Shown: piece after piece, positions 36,370 through 44,734 of the stretch | How the letters are laid out: each line of letters begins with the position of its first letter | Position numbering within the stretch: position 1 is the first letter of the stretch | Program-made: the position numbers and the translations under genes | The notes under the pieces: model-generated | Told to the model about the DNA's origin: nothing | The model's input: only the letters and a program-made list of their open reading frames with translations | Database searches by the model: none | From: Limnohabitans sp. | GTDB lineage: Bacteria; Pseudomonadota; Gammaproteobacteria; Burkholderiales; Burkholderiaceae_C | Direction of reading: 5' to 3' | DNA: 53,743 nucleotides | Assembly: GCA_017986605.1 (NCBI GenBank) | Contig: JAGNVG010000001.1 | Span: forward strand, 3,115 to 56,857

Positions 36370-37725
36370 TCAGGTCGGGCTTTTCAGCAGGGCCTGCAGG
36401 CCGCGTGTGGGACGAACCCAGCTTCTGGGGATGCCAGGGCGCTTGGAGGCCTCGTAACCTTGACTCAACTCATTGAAGGGGCCCGAGACGAGCACGAAGT
36501 GAGCCAGTTTTTCACCAGGGTGATATGCCGCGATGATCTTGGCATCCTTAATGGCAGGGTGTTTGCGCTGGATGTCCAGAACTTTTTCATAACTGCTGGC
36601 TGTGCCGTGCTGCAACAAGAAGCTGCTGGGGTCCAACTGTTTGAGCCAGGCCTGCGCTTGCAAGGTGGCCTCGGGTGCCTCGATCGCGGTTTCAGGTGGG
36701 GTCACGGCCATGGCGGCTTGGGTGCGAGGGGCCACTTCAGGTTGAGCTGGCGCGTTGCTGGCCGGCAATGTGGGCGGCAGTTGCGGGCTTTTGAGTGGGG
36801 CTGCTGTCATGGGTTTGCCTGACTTCAGGCCAAACGCTTCGGGTTGAATCCACAGCATCATCAGGACGGACATCAGCAATGCAAAGGCGATGCCCAGTGT
36901 CAGCTTGATGTTCTGCCGCACCCAGTCCATGGTTTGACGCAGGCGAAGTCCCTTGATGGACTGTATCCAGGATGCGCCGCGCTGTTGAAATGCGTGGATT
37001 TTGTTTTGGAAGGGCGTGGCCTTGGCTGGGGCGGATGCGGCTGCGGCTACGGCTACGGCTGCGGCCGCAATCTCTGTGGACGGCTGGATTGCCGCATGAA
37101 AAGGCATGTCCAACTCGGGACGTTGCTGGCGCTGGATACGCTGGATCAATTGCTGGACAGCATTGAAGTTGCCCTCCTGCCGGGCTTGTTCAAGAGCGGC
37201 TTGGGCTTGTTCTTCGGTGGGGGCCTCAATATCCCAACGCAGGATTTTTCGGCCGAAGGCTGACAGGGGCGATTTGGCCGCATGGGCACTGCCCGCCATC
37301 AGCAAGATGGCCCGAATATTCGCACCCGGAAAATTCTGAATCAAGCGAGCGAGCAGCTGGATCTCACCGTCAGGCAAACTTTGGGCATCGTGCACAAGCC
37401 AGATTTGCGCCTGGTTCACGTTGGACGAGGCTTTGACGGCTTGGTTGAGTGATTGGTTGGCCAGTACCTCATTGAATCGGCCGAGCAAGGAGTCTGTATT
37501 GGAGGGGAAATAGACTTCGATGCGGTGATCCGGTGCTTGTTGGCGCAAACGGTTCAGCAATAAATTGACATAGTGGTCGAGTAACGCCTCGAATGGACAG
37601 TACAGCGCCAGGCTCAGGCCTTCGTGTGCCACGGCGTTGGCACAACCGTCGATGCGCATGCGGTCGGCCGCTCGGAATACGTAATGGTTCAATGCGTCGG
37701 TCTCTGGGTGGATCTGGATGTTCAT
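36370..37725 (-). CDS. DamX/ExeA-like protein: degenerate AAA domain, TM helix, SPOR-like C-terminus
   Basis: WLVHDAQSL Walker-B-like motif; TM; FLLQHG...FVLVSGPF...SWVRP..LQ; overlaps flhB by 4 nt. Confidence 0.65.
   Translation of the reverse strand: MNIQIHPETDALNHYVFRAADRMRIDGCANAVAHEGLSLALYCPFEALLDHYVNLLLNRLRQQAPDHRIEVYFPSNTDSLLGRFNEVLANQSLNQAVKASSNVNQAQIWLVHDAQSLPDGEIQLLARLIQNFPGANIRAILLMAGSAHAAKSPLSAFGRKILRWDIEAPTEEQAQAALEQARQEGNFNAVQQLIQRIQRQQRPELDMPFHAAIQPSTEIAAAAVAVAAAASAPAKATPFQNKIHAFQQRGASWIQSIKGLRLRQTMDWVRQNIKLTLGIAFALLMSVLMMLWIQPEAFGLKSGKPMTAAPLKSPQLPPTLPASNAPAQPEVAPRTQAAMAVTPPETAIEAPEATLQAQAWLKQLDPSSFLLQHGTASSYEKVLDIQRKHPAIKDAKIIAAYHPGEKLAHFVLVSGPFNELSQGYEASKRPGIPRSWVRPTRGLQALLKSPT
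37031..37066. repeat. In-frame hexamer tandem repeat (RCGGCT-like, about 6 units)
   Basis: gcggat gcggct gcggct acggct acggct gcggcc, encoding the Ala/Val run. Confidence 0.7.
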
Positions 37726-38885
37726 GCGCGTGCTCCCGCTTTCTCAATGCGACTGCCGTCAGGGTTGAACAGCATGCTGGGCGGAACTTTGACTCGGGGT
37801 TTGGCTTGTGGTGGGTTCATCGGCGATGCCGCCTCCAGGCTGAAGACATAAGCAATGACCTGGGCCACAGCGTGATAAAGGTCTTCGGGCACTTGTTGTT
37901 CGATTTCGGTGGTGAAGTAAATCGCCCGCGCCAACGGGGCCGCTTCAAAAAGATACACGCCATGGGCCTTGGCTTCTTCGCGGATGAGCGCGGCCATGTG
38001 GTCCGAGCCTTTGGCCACCATGATGGGTGCACCATCGCCGGTGGGGTCGTATTCCAGTGCCACGGCAAAGTGTTCGGGGTTGGTGATCACCACGTCGGCA
38101 TCCTTGATGCGGGCCATCATGCGGGAGTTGGCCATCTCGCGCTGACGCCTGCGAATCTGGGCCTTGACCTCGGGGCTACCCTCCATTTGCTTGTACTCGT
38201 CTTTGACCTCTTGCTTGGTCATGCGCATGCGCTTGTTGAACGAATACTTCTGATAGGGAACATCGATCAGGGCAATCACCGCTAGGCTCAGAGCGACCCA
38301 CAGGGCCGACTTCATGATCATGATGCCGGCCGCAGAAAGGGCAGGCTCCAGACCCATTTGACCCATTTGAATCAGGCCATCCATATTGGACATGAGTGAC
38401 CACCACAGCACGGCTGAGACGATGGTGAACTTGAGGACCGCTTTGCCCAGCTCCACTGCAGCGTGGGCGCCGAAGATGCGCTTGAGGCCACTCATGAGGC
38501 TGAGTTTGGAGCCTTTAGGGGCAACGGCCTGCAGCGAAAAAAGGTAGCCACCCGTCACACCCGACGCCACAATGGCCGCAATGACCGTGAAGACCATGAT
38601 GGGCATGACCGTCACGAAGGCCGACAGCATTTGGTCGCCAAAGTGAGCAGGCAGCAGCATGGGTTTGAGGATGGTGGTGCGGTCAAATACAAAGCCGTTG
38701 GCAAAAATCGTGGCCATGCGGGTCACCAACCAGCCGCCGGTCATCAAAAGCATCATGAACGCACCGATCACGATGACCGCCGCCGGCAACTCGGAGGACC
38801 GCGCAACCTGTCCATCTTCTCGGGCCTTGCTCAGTTTCCTGGCCGTCGGCTCTTCTGTTTTGTCTTGATCGGAGCCCTCAGACAT
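37722..38885 (-). CDS. flhB: Export apparatus switch protein
   Basis: DKTEEPT, EGSPEVK and ITNPEHFAVAL motifs. Confidence 0.97.
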   Translation of the reverse strand: MSEGSDQDKTEEPTARKLSKAREDGQVARSSELPAAVIVIGAFMMLLMTGGWLVTRMATIFANGFVFDRTTILKPMLLPAHFGDQMLSAFVTVMPIMVFTVIAAIVASGVTGGYLFSLQAVAPKGSKLSLMSGLKRIFGAHAAVELGKAVLKFTIVSAVLWWSLMSNMDGLIQMGQMGLEPALSAAGIMIMKSALWVALSLAVIALIDVPYQKYSFNKRMRMTKQEVKDEYKQMEGSPEVKAQIRRRQREMANSRMMARIKDADVVITNPEHFAVALEYDPTGDGAPIMVAKGSDHMAALIREEAKAHGVYLFEAAPLARAIYFTTEIEQQVPEDLYHAVAQVIAYVFSLEAASPMNPPQAKPRVKVPPSMLFNPDGSRIEKAGARA

Positions 38886-39654
38886 GGGGGACCCCCATCA
38901 CGTCACGCACCACGTTGAAGCCCTGTACCCATAACCATTCAATGCGGGCCCCTATGCTTTCCATCGAGATGATCAGGATCAGAAAGCCCGCGATGATCAT
39001 GGCGGGAAAACCCACGGCAAAAATGTTCAGACTGGGCGCTGCGCGTGTGACCACGCCCAAGCCAATGTTGATGAACAACAAGGACACCATGACGGGCAAG
39101 GCCATCAAAACCGCACCCAGGAAGACCATCGAACTCCACTGCAGCACCCGACCGTAGACGTTTTGGTTCAGGATGGAGGTGCCAATGGGTAGGGAGTGAA
39201 AAGATTCCGAGATGATCCCCAGCATGATGGCGTGACCCCCAAAGCCAACAAAGATCAGGGTTGACATGACGATCATCAGTTGGGAGATCACGGGCACGTT
39301 GCCCATATTGGGGTCCAACATGTTGGCCATGGACAGGCCCATGGCTGCAGCAATGCTTTGCCCGCCCACGATCGTGGCTGCGACCACCACTTGAAAGATC
39401 AGACCCATGACCGAGCCGATCATGATCTGATTGAACACCTCGACCAGACCCGGGGCGGTGGATGGGTCCAGTACAGGCCAGCGATGTAACGGGTAAATCA
39501 GCCATGCCAGTACCAGGGCCATCAATATGCGCAAGCGCACGTTGAAGGCATTGATGGAAAAGATGGGGGCCGTGATCATCAGGGCCGAGATGCGCAGCAT
39601 CGGCCACAGAAAGGTGTAGAACCTTTCGACAACGTCGGCTGCTAGGAAGTTCAT
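38878..39654 (-). CDS. fliR: Export gate protein
   Basis: MGLSMANMLDP and RAAPSLNIFAVGFP motifs. Confidence 0.96.
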   Translation of the reverse strand: MNFLAADVVERFYTFLWPMLRISALMITAPIFSINAFNVRLRILMALVLAWLIYPLHRWPVLDPSTAPGLVEVFNQIMIGSVMGLIFQVVVAATIVGGQSIAAAMGLSMANMLDPNMGNVPVISQLMIVMSTLIFVGFGGHAIMLGIISESFHSLPIGTSILNQNVYGRVLQWSSMVFLGAVLMALPVMVSLLFINIGLGVVTRAAPSLNIFAVGFPAMIIAGFLILIISMESIGARIEWLWVQGFNVVRDVMGVPHV

Positions 39655-39672
39655 GCTGAATAGGCGCCCAGT

Positions 39673-39942
39673 TCAGGAGAACAAGGTGGGAATGCGTTGG
39701 AAAATGCTGCGCGTGAAGTCGATCAGGGTGACCAACTGCCAACTGCCAAAAATCAGCAAAGCGAGTGCCATGGCGATCAGTTTGGGGATGAAGCTCAGCG
39801 TTGACTCGTTGATTGACGTGGCTGCTTGGACGATGCCAATGACCAAGCCGACCGCGAGCGCGACGCCCAGCAAAGGTGCCGAAACCAGCACGGCGGTCCA
39901 CAAGGCGTGTCGCGCCAAATCAATGACCATTGCGGTATCCAT
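39673..39942 (-). CDS. fliQ: Export gate protein
   Basis: QAATSINESTLSFIPK motif. Confidence 0.97.
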   Translation of the reverse strand: MDTAMVIDLARHALWTAVLVSAPLLGVALAVGLVIGIVQAATSINESTLSFIPKLIAMALALLIFGSWQLVTLIDFTRSIFQRIPTLFS

Positions 39943-39954
39943 AGATCGGCTCCT

Positions 39955-40707
39955 TCAGGGCATGGCGAAGCTGGCGGCCAGTGAGCCCATGATCAGGCTC
40001 CATCCATCCACCAGCACAAACAGCATCAACTTGAACGGCATCGAAATCATCATGGGCGACAACATCATCATGCCCATGGACATCAGCACACTGGCCACAA
40101 TCAGATCGATCACGACAAAGGGGATGTAAATCAGGAAGCCGATGGTGAAAGCGCTTTTCAGCTCAGAGGTCAGGAAGGCTGGCACCAATGTCATGAACGG
40201 CACGTCCTGAGAGCTGGCGACACCCTTGTTCCTCGCGATTTCAACAAACATGGCGATGTCGTCCTCACGCGTTTGTAAAAGCATGAAGGCCCGGATGGGC
40301 TTTTCTGCTGCGGCCAAGGCTTTGTCAAACGACAAGCCTTGGTTCATATAGGGCAGCAGGGCGTTTTGGTACACGTCGTTCAGAACGGGGGACATGACAA
40401 ACAATGTCAAAAACAAAGACAAGCCGACAATGACCATATTGGGTGGTGTCTGGCCTGTGCCCAAGGCTTGGCGCAAGATCGACATGACGATCACGATCCG
40501 AACGAAAGCGGTCATCATCAGCAGCAAAGATGGCAGCACCGACAAGGTCGTCATCAAGGCCAGCAATTGCAGCGTGATGCTGTATTGCGTGCCTTTGCCG
40601 GTGTTGCTGCTGGTGATGGCCGGCATGTCTGGAGCGGCTTGGGCCAGGATGGGCAGCAAGCCCAGCACCAAGGTCAGGATCAGACCGATGTGGACAGTGC
40701 GTTTCAT
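39955..40707 (-). CDS. fliP: Export gate protein
   Basis: RQALGTGQTPPN and MGMMMLSPMMISMPFK motifs. Confidence 0.97.
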   Translation of the reverse strand: MKRTVHIGLILTLVLGLLPILAQAAPDMPAITSSNTGKGTQYSITLQLLALMTTLSVLPSLLLMMTAFVRIVIVMSILRQALGTGQTPPNMVIVGLSLFLTLFVMSPVLNDVYQNALLPYMNQGLSFDKALAAAEKPIRAFMLLQTREDDIAMFVEIARNKGVASSQDVPFMTLVPAFLTSELKSAFTIGFLIYIPFVVIDLIVASVLMSMGMMMLSPMMISMPFKLMLFVLVDGWSLIMGSLAASFAMP

Positions 40708-41015
40708 GGCGTGGTGTTTTCCGAGGTTGTAGCTTGGGCGTCATGGCTGTCGGGCCATGGGCTTAGGACGGTCATCTGCTGAACCGTGATGCCTACCAAA
40801 ATTTCACGGTCATCGACGCGAATCAGCACGATCTTTTGGCGCGGGCCGACCGATAAGGTCTCGAGCGTTTGCATGCGGTGGGTGTTCTTGCCCAACAGTG
40901 ATGAGCCGTTTTGAAGTTTGCGCAAAGTCCACAACAGGGCCAGCAACAAGCCGATCACAAAAATAAAGCTGAACAGGTATTGCAACCAGTCACCTAACGT
41001 CCATACCGAATTCAT
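40704..41015 (-). CDS. fliO: Export gate chaperone
   Basis: TM plus LSVGPRQKIVLIRV...LVGIT. Confidence 0.9.
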   Translation of the reverse strand: MNSVWTLGDWLQYLFSFIFVIGLLLALLWTLRKLQNGSSLLGKNTHRMQTLETLSVGPRQKIVLIRVDDREILVGITVQQMTVLSPWPDSHDAQATTSENTTP

Positions 41016-41032
41016 GCTCAGACCGCTCTTGT

Positions 41033-41344
41033 TCAGAGATTCTCGAGGCGTTCGGAGGCCGGCACCACGCGCGTCAGGCGGATGCCGTAGCGGTCATTGA
41101 CCAGAACCACCTCGCCTTGGGCTACGACAGTGTTGTTGACCAACAGGTTCAGTGGTTCTCCCGCAATGCGGTCAAGCTCCACCACACTGCCTTGCGTCAA
41201 GCGCATCAGGTCTCGGATTTTGATCACAGCGCGGCCCACCTCAATGGACAAGGTGACCGGAATGTTTTGCAAAACATCGGAATGAATTTGGCCTTTGTCG
41301 CTAGCTTCTTGGCCGGATTCGGCGGTGGGGGTCAGTTCGCTCAT
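41033..41344 (-). CDS. fliN: C-ring protein
   Basis: IPVTLSIEVG and GEVVLVNDRYGIR motifs. Confidence 0.96.
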   Translation of the reverse strand: MSELTPTAESGQEASDKGQIHSDVLQNIPVTLSIEVGRAVIKIRDLMRLTQGSVVELDRIAGEPLNLLVNNTVVAQGEVVLVNDRYGIRLTRVVPASERLENL

Positions 41345-41362
41345 GGCGCTCCTCTTGGGGTA

Positions 41363-42367
41363 TCAGGCTGGGGTGTTCGGGCTGATGGCTTGGACGATTT
41401 TGACGGCCACTTGGCTGCCCATGGCACCCACTTCAACATCATAGACAGGCATGTCTTCAATCATGGCTCTGGCTGAGTCGGACTTTTTGAAGGGCAAAAC
41501 GTCTCCGGGTTGCATGGTTTGCAACTGCTGGAGTGACATGTGAAGTTTGCCCAACAGGATTTGTATTTCCAGATCTGCATCTTTGACGGCATCGGCCAGT
41601 TGGCTGCGCCAAACTTTGTCCGACTCTTCATTGCCGTCTCCGGTTTGCACGCGGCTGCGAAGCAAATCACGGACAGGTTTGAGTGCCACATAGGGGATCA
41701 CCATGTCGATGAAGCCAGCCCCTTGTGCGGTGTTGTCGGATTCAAAGCGGCTGAGCACGACGAGGTCGTTCTCATCTGCAATTTGCGCAAACTGGGGGTT
41801 GATCTCGGAGCTCACATGCTCGAAATCAATGGGGGTTACGGGCGACCAAGCTTCTTTGAATGACCTAAAGAAAACTTGCAAGATGATTTTGATGATGCGT
41901 GTCTCTGTCGGCGTGAACAGTCTGCCGGGTGGCAATTGACCCACTCCGCGTCCAAATCCACCAAAGAAGCTGTCCAAGGAGCTGAAGACCACGGTGGGCT
42001 CAATCACGACCATGGCATAGCCCCGCAATGGGGCCATGCGGATGATGTTGACCGACAAGGGCGCTTTCAAGTCCTTGATGTAGTCGCCAAATCGCACAAT
42101 CTGGGCACGGCTAGGGTTGATGCGTGGGCTCGTACGCAGCACCTCCAGCATGCCCAATCTGAACATCCGAATGAATCGCTCATTGATCATGTCCAGAGAA
42201 GCGACGTTCACGCCCAGGCTGCTGTCTTCCGCCGCCAGATCATGTTTGCGAACTTGGGCGTCCAGGTTGTAGCCTGTGTCGACATCCAGGCTGCCGTCAC
42301 TGATGCCGGCCGACAAGGCGGCCAGTTCATCCGGCGACAGCAAGGGTTGGTTTTCAGCCATGGTCAA
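41363..42367 (-). CDS. fliM: C-ring switch protein
   Basis: LLSPDELAAL, FGGFG, FTPTE and EINPQFAQI motifs. Confidence 0.95.
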   Translation of the reverse strand: MTMAENQPLLSPDELAALSAGISDGSLDVDTGYNLDAQVRKHDLAAEDSSLGVNVASLDMINERFIRMFRLGMLEVLRTSPRINPSRAQIVRFGDYIKDLKAPLSVNIIRMAPLRGYAMVVIEPTVVFSSLDSFFGGFGRGVGQLPPGRLFTPTETRIIKIILQVFFRSFKEAWSPVTPIDFEHVSSEINPQFAQIADENDLVVLSRFESDNTAQGAGFIDMVIPYVALKPVRDLLRSRVQTGDGNEESDKVWRSQLADAVKDADLEIQILLGKLHMSLQQLQTMQPGDVLPFKKSDSARAMIEDMPVYDVEVGAMGSQVAVKIVQAISPNTPA

Positions 42368-42391
42368 AGGTTCTTTTCAAGTCTGCACAAC

Positions 42392-42970
42392 TCACTGCAC
42401 CACAAAGCTGGTGAAGTAAACCTCTTCGATGCCGCCGAAGTCTTCGTACTTTTGCAAGACGCCGTTCATCTCTTCACGGATCTTGGTTGCCAACTCCGTT
42501 CGAAAATCGCTTTTGGCCAAATCGGCTTCGGTCATCTGTCGCATCACGTCCAAGGCAACCGAGCGCAGGGCAAATTCATGCTTTTTGGCATTCTTGAAAA
42601 CCCGTTCGTCGTAGTGCGTCATGATGGCCAAGTTCAGTTGAATCACTTTGCGCGTATTGGTCAGGTTGGAGACCAGAGGCTTTTCCAGTTCCATGTAACT
42701 GTTTTCGAAACGCTGAAGCTCAGGAGACTCCTTGGCCACCTTTTGAGGTGCGGCCTCACTGGCTGCCGTTTTGCTTTCGGCCGCACCTTCTTCCAAGTGC
42801 TTCAGGGCTTCTTCGGCAGCATGGGTGTCTTTTTTGTCAAAAAAACCGGTCACGAACATGGTGCCCACCGCTGTACCGACGATCAGCAAAATGGCCACCA
42901 GTGCGATCACCACAATTTTGATCAGCGGTGATTTTTTCGTGCCTTCAACTTCGATTTCTTCGTCTGCCAT
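42392..42970 (-). CDS. fliL: Basal-body protein FliL
   Basis: N-terminal TM; C-terminal VYFTSFVVQ. Confidence 0.94.
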   Translation of the reverse strand: MADEEIEVEGTKKSPLIKIVVIALVAILLIVGTAVGTMFVTGFFDKKDTHAAEEALKHLEEGAAESKTAASEAAPQKVAKESPELQRFENSYMELEKPLVSNLTNTRKVIQLNLAIMTHYDERVFKNAKKHEFALRSVALDVMRQMTEADLAKSDFRTELATKIREEMNGVLQKYEDFGGIEEVYFTSFVVQ

Positions 42971-42994
42971 GTTGATTCCTTGAATGTTTGCGTG

Positions 42995-44500
42995 TCAAAC
43001 CAACACATCCCAGCCGTCTTGCCCCATTTTCATGCGAGGGGCAGGGACTGTCCGTGTTGCGCCGATGTCCGAGTCGCCGTTACTGGATATTGTTGATTTT
43101 GACATTTTTTGGGGTGTCGACTCTCCGCCACGTTGTCGCGTTTGGCCATCACCCACCTGCATCGAAGCAACATCCATGCCCATTTGTCCCAAAGTGTCTT
43201 TGAGTTTGGCCATACCGTCTTGCAGAAGTTCTCGGGTGGTGGCTTGGGGTGCGGTGAAGACCGCATCCAGTTCACCGCTGCGCATCCGCATTTCGACTTC
43301 GATATGACCCAAAGTGGCTGGCCTGAGTGACAGTTTCAGGTGCCATTGCCCTTTTTCGATTTCGGACAAAATGCGTTGACCCACGGCTTGGCCCATTTTT
43401 TCGGCCAGCTTTTGCACGTCTTCACTGCGCTGACCTGGGCCGGAGGAGGGCGATGATGCATCCGTGTTCAAAGTGTCTGGTTGTGTGGGCATCGGACTGT
43501 CTTGCCGCTGACCTTGCTGCTGTCCAGGGTGCCCTGTTTGAGCGGAAGAAGGCTGTCCCGCTAGGGCAGGGGGCGCTTCCGAAGATCCCGGTATTTCAGT
43601 CTCGCTCAAGGTCTCTGCCAGGCTTTCCAAGAGCTCTGAACTGGCGATTTCCGACAGGTCCAGCTCGCTTTCTGCAAGCCCCGAGTGATTGGGCAGGGTT
43701 TCTTTTTGGGCAGTCACAGTTTGTGTGTTGCGCAGCATCCAGAGCGCGGTGGGTGCGGCGGGCGCCATCTGGTTGATTTGCACCTTTGCCACATCAGACA
43801 GATCCTTTTGTTCTGGGGCAGACACACGGGCACTTTCGGTCGGTTGCGCTATGGCCCACAGCGCTGCCGCGGCGAAAGCATTGTTCAGAGGCTGCGTGTC
43901 GGACTTGGTTTGTGCACCTGTTTTCATGGGAATGCCGGCTAAGTTGACGTTTTCATCCGCTGCTTGCGCGACAGGGGTCGCTGTGGTTATGTTGGATGAT
44001 ACTTCTAAAGTATTCAATTTAAGGCCATGAGGTAACGTGCTGTCCAGGATGGGCAAGATCGCGACCTCTGGAGGGGGCGTTTCGGCATTGCTCCCAGGGA
44101 TAGGCTGTGTCGTCAGACTGGCGGGGTTGCCCATAAGCCATTGGACAGCTGTCTCATCGAGTCCTTGAGACCTGGCAAAAGCTTCCAAGCTTTGATCATC
44201 GGGCAAAGTGGTTTCTGAGGTGATGACATTCAAATGGGGTCCCAAGTGGATGGCTTTCAAGAAGTCGCCTCCAAGTGAGCTGTCAGAACCCAGCGTCACG
44301 GGCAATGGGAGCGCGGTGTCGGCCACCACTTGCCTGGTCAAGCTTTGCGCCAATTCCGTCGGCAGGTTCTTCACATCGGACATCACCTGTCCGAATTCTG
44401 GTGCCCCGTTGGTTACGGCGCGGTCATTTTTGAGCTCTAAAGCGTCTTTTTTGGGGCTGATGGCTGCGCGAATTTGTGGTTCAGTCAATGCAATGGTCAT
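42995..44500 (-). CDS. fliK: Hook-length control protein
   Basis: LSLRPATLGHIEV...LKDTLGQMG; start MTIALT at 44500. Confidence 0.88.
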   Translation of the reverse strand: MTIALTEPQIRAAISPKKDALELKNDRAVTNGAPEFGQVMSDVKNLPTELAQSLTRQVVADTALPLPVTLGSDSSLGGDFLKAIHLGPHLNVITSETTLPDDQSLEAFARSQGLDETAVQWLMGNPASLTTQPIPGSNAETPPPEVAILPILDSTLPHGLKLNTLEVSSNITTATPVAQAADENVNLAGIPMKTGAQTKSDTQPLNNAFAAAALWAIAQPTESARVSAPEQKDLSDVAKVQINQMAPAAPTALWMLRNTQTVTAQKETLPNHSGLAESELDLSEIASSELLESLAETLSETEIPGSSEAPPALAGQPSSAQTGHPGQQQGQRQDSPMPTQPDTLNTDASSPSSGPGQRSEDVQKLAEKMGQAVGQRILSEIEKGQWHLKLSLRPATLGHIEVEMRMRSGELDAVFTAPQATTRELLQDGMAKLKDTLGQMGMDVASMQVGDGQTRQRGGESTPQKMSKSTISSNGDSDIGATRTVPAPRMKMGQDGWDVLV

Positions 44501-44592
44501 GGTGTTGCGCTTGTGAGGTAAGTTTGGCGGGCTCAAAGTGAGGTGATCCCAGCGGCCATTTATTGCCGTTGGAGTCAGATATCTCCCTAGCG

Positions 44593-44608
44593 AGCAAGTT
44601 GCGCACCA
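44593..44608 (-). promoter_or_regulatory. sigma54 promoter of the fliK-flhB operon
   Basis: TGGTGC-GCAAC-TTGCT on the minus strand. Confidence 0.65.
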
Positions 44609-44658
44609 GCTTTCAAGTGAGCGCAGCCCCAAGTCCTATCGCAAGGTGTCAAAGTGCA

Positions 44659-44674
44659 TGGCATGCACCTTGCT
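44659..44674 (+). promoter_or_regulatory. sigma54 promoter of the flhA operon
   Basis: TGGCAT-GCACC-TTGCT. Confidence 0.75.
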
Positions 44675-44734
44675 TAATGGTGTTGAAATATTTACACCCC
44701 AGTCCTTTTCCACTGTGCCAGCCACGTTCAGCCC

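Noticed and set aside
38060-38095. NPEH instead of NPTH in FlhB as a defect
   Set aside because: NPEH is a known functional variant in polar FlhB proteins; the Asn-Pro cleavage site is intact.
38939-42931. Long alternative-frame ORFs (320 aa at 38939, 351 aa at 41876)
   Set aside because: They overlap well-supported fli genes and are typical high-GC shadows.
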